NCBI GenBank assembly: GCA_040143965.1
Contig: JASJQH010000038.1
Coordinates: forward strand, 1 to 40,361
Direction of reading: 5' to 3'
Source of the DNA: Basidiobolus ranarum
Lineage: Eukaryota
DNA: 40,361 nt
Below, piece after piece: positions 10,537 through 24,471 of the stretch; position 1 is the first letter of the stretch; the number at the start of each line of letters is the position of its first letter. The notes beneath the pieces were generated by a model. The model was not told where the DNA came from. It made no database searches and worked only from the letters and a program-made list of their open reading frames with translations. Made by a program: the position numbers and the translations under genes.

Positions 10537-11067
10537 TGTTATATATAAGTTAAGTGGGAGACGGTATTGGTGTCCGGTTTATGATATGAAGTGAGGCAAG
10601 GAACTAACAGTTGGGGTTGGAATAAACGAAATCGCGCCGTTGAAAAGATCGAAATTCTAAGCGGGGGTTCCTCAAGGGATTCTTTCGAAATCATTGGAAC
10701 ATAAAAAATTTCTCTCATCTCTGTCTAAACCGACTCAATGATCTGATTTGATAATCCCCCATATCAGGTGACCATAATATGGATTTTATTCATCAAAATG
10801 AAGAACTCGAAAACAGGAGAAAAGTGGAGAAAAGAGGAGGAAATGTAGAAATGAATAAGATACTCAATAAAAGAATTATGGTGGTGGGTGAGGAGAGGAC
10901 ATTGGAGAAGGGGCATAAATAACTTGTATGGCACAAAAGGTATTAAACTTCGAGCACAAAAGAATGCTAAAATAGGCTTGATGAACGTGAGCGGGGCGTG
11001 GCGTGGCGTGGCGTGAATTAGTGTGAACGAATAAAATAGGTATTAATTGGATGTTATTTTAATTTGT

Positions 11068-14000
11068 TCAAGGAGCGTTTCTCCAGCTAGCGAGCCAAGA
11101 AGATCTCTTGTTGTTAGATGCAGCCAGCTTTTCTACCGCGGGGTTGCCAGCAAGGTTACTATTGAGATCTTCTTGGTCGGGGGCAGGTGCACCTCCACCA
11201 CGAAGTGGCTTAGCGATGCGGCCGAAGCTAAAGCCCATCATACCCGTGTTGACCTTAGCAGTGCGAGCTTGCTCCAATCTCTCTTTGACAGCCTGCATTT
11301 GTGCCTCGAATTTCTGCTGTTGAGATGTAAGTTTAAGTTGAGCATCCTGTAACAAAGTTTCTAAACTTTGGATACGCTCGTTTCTAGCAATGAGTTTACG
11401 TTCAGCAATGGCCACTTCCTTTTTCAAAGAGGTGTTTTGCTCGACTAGTTGCTTTTGAACATTGGTCAACTGTTCAAGATTGCGCTCAAGGAATGCCATC
11501 TTCTTTTGTTGTGCTTTGATATTATTATTTCTAAGAATGGTATTGTATTGCTCACGGGTTTCATCCAAGGAGATCTCGAGCTCCACCACTTTCTCGCAAC
11601 GGTTTTGAAGGTCTCTCATTAAGGATTTCTTCATGACTTCGAAGTCAGCCAATTGCTGTGCCATGGTTTTGCGGATTCTTTCGATATCCTTCTCCTTCTC
11701 GGAAACATCGCGGCCACCGGTAGAAGCGCGACTTTGGGCTTTGGCAAGGGCAGCCTAAATGAAGAGAATTCAATAAATTTACATTGTTTGTTTTCAAGCA
11801 CTGCTATAGACTACATACTCTAAGTTCTTCATTGACTCTCTTCAACTCAGCCAAGGCACTAATGTAAGAAAGAGAATAAAGTATATAAATGATTAGCGGC
11901 CGATGGTGGCAATCCTCTAGGCTAGAATACAAACCTGTTCAATTTTAGAATGTCTTCGCTCTTTCTGTCGATTTCCTTCTTGAGATCATCAACCTCTTGA
12001 ACTTGAGCCTCACGCTTGGAATTGTATTGAGCCTCTAGTTTGTTCTAAATTGAATTAGGTGAGCATTTGTAGAGCTAAGCGTGGATGAGAGCTACATAGG
12101 AATTGTACCTTCAACTCGGCAACAGTCTCGGAGATATCCAGAGTGCTACCAGCTTCTTCTTCAGCGATAGTTTTATCTATATCAAGCATAAATACAATAA
12201 ATAGTTGGATCGAGCTGGGGCAGCAAACAAAGGGAACGTACCAAGCAAATCTTCATACTCAGCCTCAAGAGTGGTGAGTCTTACTTCAAGCTCGTCCCTC
12301 TTGCGAGTAAGAAGGTCATTTTCGTGGGTGAGTTCGCTGATGGTTTGTTCATGTTGTTCCATGAGTGTCTTGGCTTGAGAAAGGTCAGATCTCAAGGCCT
12401 TCACCTCACCATCAGTGAAAGTCTCGGATTTGCCTTCAATATCATCAAGCTCAGAGAGGGCACGTCTAATTTGTTGCTCTTTCTCAGAGATCTGTGGCAT
12501 TATGTTAGTCAAAACGATGTTCAAGCCTACATTGAGTTCACCGGTAAACACTTACGGCAGGGTCAAGTTCAGCCATCATCAACGCCATCTTCTCTTGCTT
12601 CTTCTTCTCCTTTCCTTCATCGACCGCCTCTTTGGAGATACGACGAAGCTCAGCAATGGTTTTCTAAACGGACTTTGTGAGTAAAGCGCTCATTTATCGA
12701 AAATATGGGTTTCACTCACCTTCAACTCTTCAACCTCCTCCATCAACTCTTGATTGGCTTCCTTGAGGCTATCCATATTAATGGTAACATCCTTGTTCTC
12801 GTATGTGAGCTTCTCGAGTTGGAGTCTTAGTTCGTTAATCTTGAGGATCATGTCTTTGTTTTCCTAATATGGCGATGGATCAATATAAGAATGCTGGTGT
12901 TAAGGTGCTCAGCCTTCACTTACTTTGGCGTACTGCATTGCCTCATCTTTCAGGAAACTAAACTCCTCTTTCAAGGTTTCGTTTAGTTTGATTTGATTGT
13001 TGAGTTCAGATTCCTGTAATTCAGGGTGTTAAATAAACAGATACTACGCCAAGTCTCCCAATTGACTAACCTTGTCTGTAAGTTGATCAGATAACTCATT
13101 TTCTCTTTTCAGGAACTCTTCACGCTCATCATCTAGAAGAACCATAGCAGGAGTCATTGGACGCGAGTCAACTCCAAATGGCTCTGGAGTAATAGACGCA
13201 GTCGGGGTGGGGGGTGCCACCAGAGCTGGTAATTCAGGTTGGGTGGGACTTGAGGCCGTGGCTGGTGCCGCAGGTGGAGTTTTATTCTTTCCAGTGATTT
13301 TATCCATAGAAGCGTACTTCTCTTCAGGAACAGAACCGCCTTAAAACGAGACCATTGATCAGCTCCAACTCACCAAGGATTATGTACTTGTCACTTACCT
13401 GAGCGCCAAATAACCAACTCTCCTTCCAAAAGCGTAATATATTGTTTGAACGTGAGCGCCTCGGCTTTGGATTGCTTCAGCATGGCCTTCAATTCAGCAG
13501 GACTGAGATCTTGATTAACCTTGGCCTTGTTCTTAATGGTCTTGGCTCTATTCATGCAAAGAAGTTAATCAACGAAGAGAAAATCTAGAATGGAGTGCAC
13601 TGTACCTCATACCGAAGCGGAGAGTACCCAAAGTTTCGGCATCGTTGTAGGATGAAGGAGAGCAATTGATAATCAACGTAGTACGGGAGTTACCACCCAA
13701 AGATTCTTGCAAGATTCTAGTAAGCTTACTGTCACGGTATGGAATATGTGTTGACTAGATTATTTGTAAAGATAAGAAGCGATACTAAGGCAACTCTGAC
13801 AAGCTCTATCGATGTAAATACCTTGCCATCAGTCAAAGCATTGATGACCATTCCAAGAGCTGTAAGAGATTTATTAATCTTTTTGGCCTCTTCTAGCGTT
13901 TGACCTGAAGCTCCAGTTTTGCCAACTTTCTCGGAACCAGCCAAATCTACCAAGTACAATTTTCCACTCTTAAGACTGCCATCTTGCAGATTCTTTTGAT

Positions 14001-14973
14001 TGATAACAATCATGAAGATCGAATGGGAACGAGAACTTTCGGCATTCATGTCTTTCATGATGGACGAAAGAGTAAGTAAGAGACTGGTATGGCAAGTCTT
14101 AACAAGGGCAACTTACTTGTGGAAGAGACCACACGAGCACTTCCACCTCGGTTCATGACTTCATAAACCTCATTCAAGTCACTGACATACACTTCGCACA
14201 AGTCCTTCACGTAAATACCTCGATTCTTCTCTTCATGAATGGGAAGATTATCATTTTTGGCTATTTGAGAGAAACATTAGTAATCCACTCCGGGGCGATG
14301 GCTACTACTAATACTCACGATTCAACAAATCTCGAATCTTCTCCATGTAAATTTCCATATAAGATACTTTGACCGTATACTCGATGGTAGATGGTGAGTT
14401 ATGAATCGATTTGAAAATGGTTTCAACGATACGAGGAATGATTCCCTTGAACTCCTCGCTCTCCATGTCTCCCTAACAACAATTACCTCTAGTTAGAATA
14501 CTCATCAATCCAATGTTTGATTATACCATACCATCATAGTGTGGGTTTTACCACTACCGGTTTGACCATAAGCAAAGACAGTACCGTTGTAGCCGTTCAT
14601 AACATCTATACATGACAATGCCTAACGTGTTAACATCTTCTGTAGTTAGAGAACAGTATATGAATACATACCATCCACAGTCTGGACAATACCGTACTCG
14701 AATAGCTCTTGCTGCGAAGTAGTTGGGCCATAACACTTATCAAAGGTGAAAGATCCAGGGTATTCTTTACTCTACAAAATTAGATTCATAAATGGAACAT
14801 GTTTAGCCCACAGTCACAAATACTTGGCAACAGCAAGGAGAAACATAGCTTACCTCTAGCTTGACCGTAGTCCCAGTATCATCAATATCGACAATAGACA
14901 CACCACCGTTCCTGTCCTCAATTTTGTTTTGCGGCCGAAACCGACATACTACTTTAATATTGTTTCCTGACAT
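11068..14973 (-). CDS. conventional kinesin heavy chain (kinesin-1), many exons
   Basis: [58 protein letters not shown], a coiled-coil stalk and the fungal tail [15 protein letters not shown]...[10 protein letters not shown]. Confidence 0.96.
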
Positions 14974-16018
14974 GGTTTCCAGACGTCAGGGCTGAATATC
15001 TTGAGTTAACGTCACTTCAGATGCCAAGAAATAAGGTTTATTGTCACTTTACCTTTTCAGATGAAGCTATTTGTAACAGAAAGTGTAGTAAGCGAAGATG
15101 AAGGAATATACACTTCCCCCGTTGCTTCGGTATTTTTAGAAATAAAACAAAAAATAGGAAAAATCAAAGACAAGATAACTCTCAACTATATAAAGGTGGA
15201 AAATAGTGAGTATTTGGGACAGCAGTATTGGCGCTTCTAATGTAGCAACTTATGCAGCAATTGAAAGGGGCTGTGTAGGAAGATTTTTGGCACGGGGTAA
15301 GCCTACCCTATAATTACCCCGTGCGATACTAATCGGAATCTATTTACTTTAATTGGATTGGCGAGTGGAGTAAGCATAATTTAATCAAGTAAACATCTGA
15401 TTCAACCATTGAACCATCCAACGACTCAACCACTCAACGGATTGTGCTTTTGCTAGAGATTTAGTCAGATCGAAGGATCCCTCAGGAGTACTGGTCTCCC
15501 AATTAAAGAAAATCACCACTGTTGGAAAGAGCTGGTTGGTTGATGGCCGTGATACTAGTGTTGATGCTGGGACCGATTCGAAATGGATCCTGGAACTGGA
15601 ATGCAATAGGAGAACTGTTGCATTCCACGTTTATGATCATTAACAATATGTACAGCTCTCGGCTAGGCAGATGGGCAAATGCTTATATCTAAGCAAGCCC
15701 ATAGATAATCAGAAACTACAGCAAGTGCCTCTCAACACAATACACAACAACAATACACCAGATACATGTCATAGACGTGCGAATATTTTTAGTAGTGTCT
15801 ATTGACCAAAAGCTAAACTACCACTGGATTGAATTTACCTACATATTCGAAAATGCCATTCGAAACGGATAATAAGCGAAACCAACAAATTAACAGAATA
15901 CTTAAGCATCGGAGAGGTAAACAAGAATACAGAATAGGTGGGAAAGGAAATACAAGACAAGTCATTCTTTAATTAAAGACATTTAGGAAGTGAATTATGT
16001 AGAGGGTAGAAAAGGCAC

Positions 16019-17380
16019 TTAATCGGAGAAGAACTCGTCATCGGAATCGTAAACCATGGTGGCAAAGTCAACCTTGTATCTAAGCAAGCCACCAACACCA
16101 CCGAATCCTTTCACGAACTGAGCACCTTCTTGGGAACGGTTGGTAACGAATTCAAGAGTGGCTCCGAAATCCTTATATCTTTCAGCAAACCATTCAAGTA
16201 AAGGCATTTTGTCAGCAACTTCCATTTCAGTGTTGGTTTCAGGGTCCATGAAGTTGGCCTTGTCACCCTCTTGTTCAGGTGTAAGATGCTTGACCTCTTC
16301 TTGACCAGCAGCATTCTTGAAGACATAACGAACAGTTGTTAAGTTCTCCCATACAATCAAAGTCTCAACAGCACCAAGTTCAAGTCCCTTGAGTGTATCG
16401 TCAATACCAAAGCAGTATTTGCCGGTATCTTGAGAAATCTCATCAAAGTACTTTTGAATCAGCTTCTTCTCTTGGATGAACTTGACATTGGCAAGGACTT
16501 CACCAGACAATTCAATAGCCTGGTTGAAACCATTCTCACCACCATAGGATACATCTACCAGCTTGATGATCTTCACTTGAAGTCTTTGATCGAACAACTC
16601 GGATTGAGACAATTCAGTCTTGAAATCAGCTGAACCAGCGAGAACTAGACCAGCAACGTTAGCTTTATCGTTGGTAATGAAGAATTGGACAGCCAATTCA
16701 GCGACCTTTCTCACGTAGTTATGACGCTTTTCTTCACGAAGACGAGCGAAACGAAGAGCGGACTGACCACCTCTACCGTGCTTCTTGGGAAGATCAACAG
16801 AGACCTTGTGAACAATCTCACGAGTATTACCTGAGAGAGTACCGAACAAGGTTCCGTTACCATCCATAACAATAAAACCGAACTTGGAGTCGGATTCCAT
16901 TAACTCGGAAAGAGGTTCAGTGTGGAATTTGTTATCACACAAGTAAAGGGAGGTGTTGATTGGCTTGAAGGGCTCAAAATCAATATTGACCTTCTTTTCT
17001 TTACCCTCATCAGTAAGGATGGTACCACAGTATACAACCAAACCGTTCTCAGGAACTCTGTTATAAAGCTTGAGACGCTGCTGGGTAGAAGTAATAGCAG
17101 CCAATACGGAAAGACGATTAACTCTGCTCTTAATGTTAGAGGCAGTACCATATTCATCTGCAAGCATCTTAGCAGCACGAGAAATTTGATCCTTGGGTGG
17201 AAGAATCAAAGAAATCATGGAAGTACCATTTCTAATGTAAAACAACTTGTGATTAGTGCGTGTAATTACTTACAAAAAATACATAAACACATACCCTCTG
17301 GCGGCTTGAAGATTCTTGATCAATTTCTTAATCTTCCAAATTTCGACATTGCGGTCGGTTTCATTTTCTTGGGACGACAT
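16019..17380 (-). CDS. SUP45: eukaryotic peptide chain release factor 1
   Basis: Exons 17295-17380 and 16019-17231. GTS, TASNIKS, YLCDNKF and GRGGQS motifs are all canonical. Confidence 0.98.
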
Positions 17381-17770
17381 GCTGTATGCTAAGTATATGA
17401 ATAAAAAAGGTTTTAGTGACAACAAAAAACAACCAGGTTTATGGAGAACTTGCAATTACCTAGGAGTTAAGGAAAAGTGGGAATGAAGGATATAGAATAT
17501 AAAGGTCTAAGGTAACTTCCGTATACAAACACCAGCAAGAAACAACGAGCTCCCAGATTCAGTGTAATATCGAGTGTACGGATGGACTCTCCCACTCCGC
17601 CCTATCTTTTTTTTTACCCATTTTTTTTTCAGATCAATCCTACATGCACCATTTCGTATGATAGATAATAATTATGTAACTAATCCAGAAATGGAGTTTA
17701 CTAATAAAGAATATTACTGGATTTTAGTCAGTATTGAACCAACTCGATCCCAGTGCATTAAGCTTAGATA

Positions 17771-17930
17771 GCCCTAACCCCTAACCCATTATATATGCAT
17801 CTTCAAAGCAAAGTGCATAAGACACGTGATTTGGGAATACTTAGCATACATGCAGATATGATTAGCATATACTATAAGCGAAATCCTGGATTGGCAAGAT
17901 GCTCTTATCTATTTTCCTAACCCTAACCTT
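17771..17930. promoter_or_regulatory. telomere-like CCCTAACCC motifs plus a CACGTG box upstream of eRF1
   Basis: gccctaacccctaaccc at 17771, cacgtgat at 17823 and cctaaccctaacc at about 17916. Confidence 0.4.
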
Positions 17931-18824
17931 CTCCTCTTTCCCTTCCCCTTTCCCATCACCAAATGCATTTAATGGACAGAGTGATTTTGCTCATAATTAC
18001 GTAATGACTGGCTTGGAAATCTACGAATTCTGGACCCTACAATAACACTAAGCTCATTATTTTACCACCAATTGGATACTAGGTAAGCTAAAACGAACAA
18101 CTAGAGTTTGGGGTGTCTATTGTTGATTCCCCAATATCTGGTCCAATGGTCCAGTTTCTTGTGTTGCCTGTATTTATCAATATTTGTATTTATTTAGCAC
18201 TCTGGGAGTCCACATACTGGGGCTATATAGCTGTTTGTGAGTAGTCATATGATTGATTCAAATGGCTTAGAGAGGGAAATCTGGATCGGTGCATCTAATT
18301 CGGCTAATCGTTGCACATACAAATTCGGCTTTCCTAGATCCCCAGGCTGACTTCAAGGTTATGCTTGATTCTAGTGGCGCTAATCCAACTCTAATAATAT
18401 TTTCTATTTCCGGTTTAACCGAGTTGATACTACATTCTGAACAATCTGATTGTGAGTGTACATGATAATTTGTTTAATATCGTGCACTTCCTTTTTCTCT
18501 TCTTAGACCTCTCTTGATTCAGGATCTTCAGAAGTTCATAAAACCTGCGATACTTCAGAACTGTTATCTACACGTTATATTTAAAGTTAGTGGGATACTT
18601 TGTGACTCTTTCATTCTATCCAGCATCCCAATCTCTACGCGTTTTTTTCGCTTTGCTAACTGTAACTCGAACGCATTTACTTTCATCGTACGCAGTACAC
18701 GTCTTCGTTGTTTCCTTCCAATCAACACTTAAATTCCAACTATATTAGCAAGGTACCTTCACTTGACAATAAACTTGCTCTTTATTTTTTAGTCTTTGAC
18801 GTCTAACTCCTCATAGAAATCTAC

Positions 18825-20411
18825 ATGGCGAATCAAGGCCCAACACAAGTCGCTTCTTCAACCGGTTCCCGTTTTCTTGGTATGTCTCTGAATTTCGCTC
18901 GATAAATTCACCGAAATTGTTCGGGTATTCGCAACAATGTTTTCTTATTGACCGTTCTGCTACCCACAGGTGAGAATGATCCAAGTCAGGTTGTTCGTGT
19001 TTCTGTTAGCGAAGGTAAATCCGGCGAACCTCTAGATATTTCCTATACCAACTGTAGTGTTGTTGGTAATGGGTCCTTCGGTGTTGTCTATCAGGCCCAA
19101 CTTATGGAAACTGGCGAGGAAATTGCTATAAAGAAAGTTTTACAAGATCGAAGATATAAAGTAAATGATTTACATACGTTTGCACAATCCCATATAGTTT
19201 TATTCACATTCTATCTTAAGAATCGAGAGCTACAAATCATGAGAACTCTATCCCACCCCAATATCGTAGATTTGAAGGCATTCTTCCATACTAATGGTGA
19301 AAGAGTAAGTGAATCTAGTTCAATATCACTCTCCCCTGCTTGATTCTTACCAATAGCATATTGATCAGAAAGAGGAGGTCTATTTGAATCTTATTCTCGA
19401 GTACGTCCCGGAGACAATCTACAAGGTTGTGAAGCAGTACAACAAAATGAGACAGCAAGTTCCAATGCTCCATGTGAAGCTCTATATGTACCAACTTTTC
19501 CGTTCCTTAGCTTACATCCATTCAATGGGTGTGTGTCATCGTGATATTAAACCTCAGAATCTGCTAGTCAACAGTAGCATGGGAGTTCTCAAACTATGTG
19601 ACTTTGGAAGGTAAGACCCTGATGACGAGTCATATCCATTGATTAATCTAACACCTTCGTACTTTCACTTTATAGTGCCAAGGCATTGGTCCCCGGAGAA
19701 CCCAATGTTGCATACATATGCTCTCGTTATTACCGCGCACCTGAGCTTATCTTCAGTGCCACTAATTACACCTCTAGTATAGGTAACTGAAAAGCAGGTC
19801 TTGGCATTGTGTGAGTGTCGACTAATGATATGTTGTTACTTGTTAGATATCTGGTCCTCTGGATGTGTCATGGCTGAATTGATTTCTGGCCAACCGCTCT
19901 TTCCTGGCGATAGCAGTATTGACCAACTTGTTGAAATCATCAAAGTTTTGGGAACACCTTCAAGAGAACAAATCCGCAGTATGAATCCCCATTACGTCGA
20001 TCACAAGTTCCCACAGATCAAGCCCCACCCGTTCTCAAAGATCTTTCGTTCTCGGGCCCCTGAAGATGCTATCGATTTGATCACCCGTCTTCTGGACTAT
20101 ACACCTACTAAAAGACTTACTGCTATCGAGGCTATGACTCACCCATTCTTCGATGAATTACGTCAAAATTCCGAAAATTTCAAGGAGTTCCCTCCGTTGT
20201 TTAACTTTACCGCACATGGTATGACCTTTTCAAAACACCTCTTGTCTGCATTTATATTTACATCGTTGATCTCTTAGAGTTGTCCATTCGTCCGGACCTC
20301 ATCCGACCCCTTGTGCCACCCCACTGTGAGCATGAGCTTCTTTCGCGCGGCATTGATATTCACAACTTCACCCCTATTCCTAGGAGTCAAACCCAAGTGA
20401 GACTTGATTAA
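18825..20411 (+). CDS. GSK3: glycogen synthase kinase 3 (shaggy/Rim11 family), multi-exon
   Basis: [62 protein letters not shown] and KFPQIKPHP motifs. Confidence 0.96.
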
Positions 20412-21107
20412 TTAAACAGTATATTCTACCAACCGGATTCACCCCGCCTGGACTAGTAAAATGAATTCTCCCAACTCATAACCTTAATTTGATGATCACC
20501 CCTCCCCTCCTCTCCTCTTATCCACCACACAGTCTCTCTAAGCCCCTCCTCATTTCGATGTAATATTGTCACTCATTGTTTTTCATTCCCTTATTTCCCT
20601 TCCCTCATCCCCTTTTGTGTCTTTTAAACTTTCTTGGTTTCTTTTTGATGAATTCACTTATCTTCTTTTTACTTTAGAATACAGACATTCGAAAATTCTA
20701 CCTCTGATTTCACCACTTTTATTAGAGTAACATGCGATTATTTGTCTGTTATACAGGGGAACGAAACTTATGAATTCGCGCACATTTCCTTTTCTTCCCT
20801 CACCAGTCAATATTAGCATTGGTTATCTTACTAGTGTATGGAGACAGGTGCCCCAGGTGGTACCCACGGTTGGTGAATAACAATTATAGATCTATGTTGT
20901 ATCGATTTCTATGAATAGACATGCACATCTTATATAAAATATTGTTTCCAAGAATTAATTGGCTTTGTATTGATGTTTCAATAAGATATTCATTGTCTAT
21001 ATGCTAACAAATACAAAAGTAAAATCACTTGCAATTACATAGAATCAATATACCATCCATATATGCCAGTAGCAGAAAGTTGCTTCTGTTATACCAACCG
21101 TAGGGAG

Positions 21108-21445
21108 TTACTCCGACTTCTTTTGTTTCTCTTCTTCTGTTTCACTGTTCATAATGGTAGCAACATAACCGAACACGATGATGTTTGCCAAAACTGCGGC
21201 AGAACCAGCGGAAACTAAGTTATTATCTACATTCATGGATGTTTATCGTTAATACTGTTGAGGAGGTATACAGGTAGTGCGTAGTTTACACTTGGTTGGA
21301 TTAACTTACCTGTGAAATATTGAAGTATGAAGAATACAGTAATCGGAGCGAGAATAAGTGTACCCGTCATATATAAAAGCTTCTTGAATAGTCCATTGGG
21401 TACATCTTTACCTTTAATGTTCTCTTGGGGTTGAAGTGAAGTCAT
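21108..21445 (-). CDS. VMA21: V-ATPase assembly factor Vma21-like
   Basis: Exons 21310-21445 and 21108-21226: KKLLYMTGTLILAPITVFF..SAGSAAVLANIIVFGYV..KKSE*. Two TM helices and a C-terminal KKxx signal. Confidence 0.8.
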
Positions 21446-21726
21446 GTTTATGCTTGAAAGTTAACAAGGGGGAAATTTTCAGTGACTACAGAATCGGTCC
21501 AGTCCACTGGTGTCAAAAGAATATATAAATAACTGGGATTCTATTCAAAAAATCATTCGAATTTAAACTTTTATGGGTTTTTTTCTTATAAAGTTCTATG
21601 ATTAACATATTAGGTTGAATTGTACAATGTCATTTCCATCCTTTTATTGGGCTTATTATCACGAATCGAATCTGTGGCTGTACATGTTTTCAAAGAAATG
21701 GAATCCATCTTCTACCATACTCTTTT

Positions 21727-22775
21727 CTAGCTCTTATATTGGGATTTTTCTAAGGTTTGAGTGTCCATTCTTTGTGTATAGATAGATCTTTGCTTTGCAA
21801 CCGTTTGTTTGACAGATTTCGTTGGTGAAGTTCGTATACGGGGTATGGTAGTATTTGTTGGTGGAGATTTTGGAGAAGGGGAAGGGGAAGTATGGTTCCT
21901 AGGCATGGAACGTCCTGAATTTCCAGTATTTTTCTTTCGTTCAGTTATGTTTGTTGGTTTGGTTGGTTCTGATATTTTTTGAGTGGATACTATATTGTCC
22001 GAATATACGTTTGAAGCTGAGCCAAATACTTGAGATTTTTGTGGGTCCGCTGAATCGCATGACGTAGGAGTTTGTCGTGAGGGTGACGGTCTTGAAGAGT
22101 TCGATTCCAAACGAGTCTGATATATAAGTCGTGAGGTGTCAATTTGAAGTTCTCCTTGTGTGCTACCTTCAGCCTCATGTTCTTCGAACTTGCTCGTCTC
22201 AATTATAGTGTACGAAGTAGTAGGTAAAGTTTGTGAAGGTAATGAAGGAGGGGGATTGGCAATCCAATCAGGAGCTTGTTCCTCTTTAGTTTGGTAATAT
22301 TCTCTGAGGATTCGTTCAACGTGAGTTTCCTCTTCCCAATCAGAATCATCCGAATCTAGACACATTTTGTTAGAACCATAATGACACATTCTTAGTTCCA
22401 GTAACGCTCAAAAAAGAATTAGGTTTAAAGTACATACCAGGTGGTGCACTGGAAGAGAACATGTTGGTTTTGATTCTTCCCCAAAAGTTAGTATTAGACG
22501 GTGACTCCGGTTGAGGTTGAACATTCGTTTTGGACTTGGCTGTTTAGTTCACCAAAAGTTAGTTTCTTTGGTATGAACAAATACAGTGAAGGTCACTAAC
22601 CATTCGCGTCCGAGTATGAATAGATATTCATGATTTTATTCCAAAATGTGGGAGTAGTGGTGGTTTGTCCGCATTTGTGTCTAGCTGGATAAAGTCCTAC
22701 GTCTTGTCCACAATCTACACATCGTATCGATATACCTGAAACTCGGTAGTCTTGGCGTGGGACGGTGATAACCAT
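21727..22775 (-). CDS. Mso1-like Sec1-binding exocytosis protein with an N-terminal Cys/His module
   Basis: Exons 22601-22775, 22438-22539 and 21727-22355. DSDDSDWEEETHVERILREYYQTKEEQAPDWI resembles the Mso1 Sec1-binding motif; the tail is low-complexity S/T/P-rich. Confidence 0.65.
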
Positions 22776-23818
22776 TTGGCTCGACTTGATGCAAACTCAA
22801 GAAGAGCTATCAAGAAGGTAAGGAGCAAAATTCACAATTAGAGGAAAATATGAAGGTTTCAAACAATCGATATTATGTGAGGGGTATATTGTTTACAAAA
22901 TGACGGACCTTTCGAAACAATGATATAACAAATCAAAAGAAAGTGGAGGAAAAGACACAAAGTGGCTCATGGTGGGAATAAGAGTCAAGAAATAGTACAA
23001 GCGAGAGGAGAGTCAAAAGTCAAAAGCCTTGCAAGTAGAGTATTACCCCTTACATGTTTAGCTGTATAGCATATATTCTGAAAGTGGCATCTGCCTAACT
23101 TAATGAAACCTCAGAGCGGTGACTATGAGTAGCCGTATACAACATTTGGCTTGTAGGCTAATCGGAGATTTAAGCATGCTAGAGTTCCGCCCTGCATGGA
23201 GTCATATCTGCAACCTCCTTACGAAATAGAGACACTCAAATAATGAAACGTTTACACTTGATTCAACTGAAATTAGATGTCTGTGAGCAAGGGCGGCTTC
23301 TCAGTGTGTAGGATGCTATGATTTATACATATCCATCTATATATATATCGCACTTGGCTGAAGAAAACGTCGCCTTTCTTTTTCTGTTTACATTTTGTTC
23401 GCAGATGCATCATCCTGTTTCTGGTTGATGCTTTATATCTTTATATGTTGAGGACCGTTAGTTTGGCCTTAACCCATCGTGACTTGATCTTAACGAAAAT
23501 GAATGTTCAGAAATATATTTGAATGCAAAAGGTGGTTGAGACTGTGATGTCGAATATCTCTCCACACTCCTAGCCCTGTCTTTACTCAAACCAAGATTAA
23601 AGAGAAAAGCACCGTTTAAGTACATCATATATCTGAATAATGGATGTTGGTGATGAATTAATATCAGCCAATCAGCTGACTGAATGGATTGTTTACAGTA
23701 TTTTTTTTTTGTTTTTGTTACGATTTGTAAGGTCAGAGCTATTGATGAATATTTAAGCTCGTTCGTCCATTGAACAATTCAACCAGCCTTCCTCATCTCA
23801 CTCACTCTAATCCCTGCC

Positions 23819-24052
23819 ATGTCTTCTGATAACACCACAGCCACTTTTGAATCACTTCCTAACAAACCTGTGTTTAAGCATAGACTAATGAACCAAGCCA
23901 AAGGTAATCTTACCAGTCCAACAGACAACATCATGTCTCCTTGCACACAGAAATTGGTTGCCAATCGTAACTCCAAAATCCAGTCGTTCAAGCCACGCTC
24001 TCTCTCAAACTCCTTTGCCCAGGTAGCCCAAGAGAAGGCCGAAGAAAATTGA
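23819..24052 (+). CDS. SPO12: Spo12-family mitotic exit protein
   Basis: Signature SPTDNIMSPCTQKL and KPRSL in a 77-aa ORF. Confidence 0.85.
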   Translation: MSSDNTTATFESLPNKPVFKHRLMNQAKGNLTSPTDNIMSPCTQKLVANRNSKIQSFKPRSLSNSFAQVAQEKAEEN

Positions 24053-24471
24053 GTTTTCTTGTATGGTCAGCATTTTCTTTTACGGAGCTATTTTGGGCTC
24101 GTATACACTGAACTGAGTTCGACAATCTTTCCCTTGCTTCAATTGAAACCAAATGTATATTAAGATTCTTACACTCATCTTTCCTTTACCATATGTATAC
24201 TAGCTTGTATGATGATAACAACTATGATTGAGCAATAATAAATTCCATCATCACAACAGTTACGTAATCTCTCTGGCGATTAATTATTTTATTAGTTATG
24301 TTGAAAATCACTGGGTTTGACTGGAAAATATGCAGATTGAAGGAGAAAGGGAGACACGAGGGTAAACACCATAAAGACTTCCAGTTACTTTACATTTAGT
24401 TCCACGAATTTATGTTGCAAGTACCGCGACGGACGTGGGCAATAAAAGGTTGTTACAATCTTGGCTAGCCT

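Noticed and set aside
10994-11015. (GGCGT)4 microsatellite, plus short duplications near 2851, 37000, 39523 and 39646
   Set aside because: Simple slippage repeats with no spacer structure; not CRISPR-like.
15385-15606. 73-aa ORF or possible ncRNA between kinesin and eRF1
   Set aside because: Non-ATG start with no recognisable protein or RNA motif.
16019-17231. Possible variant-code eRF1 or stop readthrough
   Set aside because: The GTS, NIKS, YxCxxxF and GGQ motifs are canonical, genes in the window end in TAA, TAG and TGA normally, and the eRF1 stop context is not leaky.
17458-17495. ATATCCTT and TTCCTTAAC-TCCTAG on the minus strand in the eRF1 leader (U12-like signals)
   Set aside because: They are only about 35 nt apart, too short for an intron, and lie in a pyrimidine-rich leader directly before a normal GT donor.
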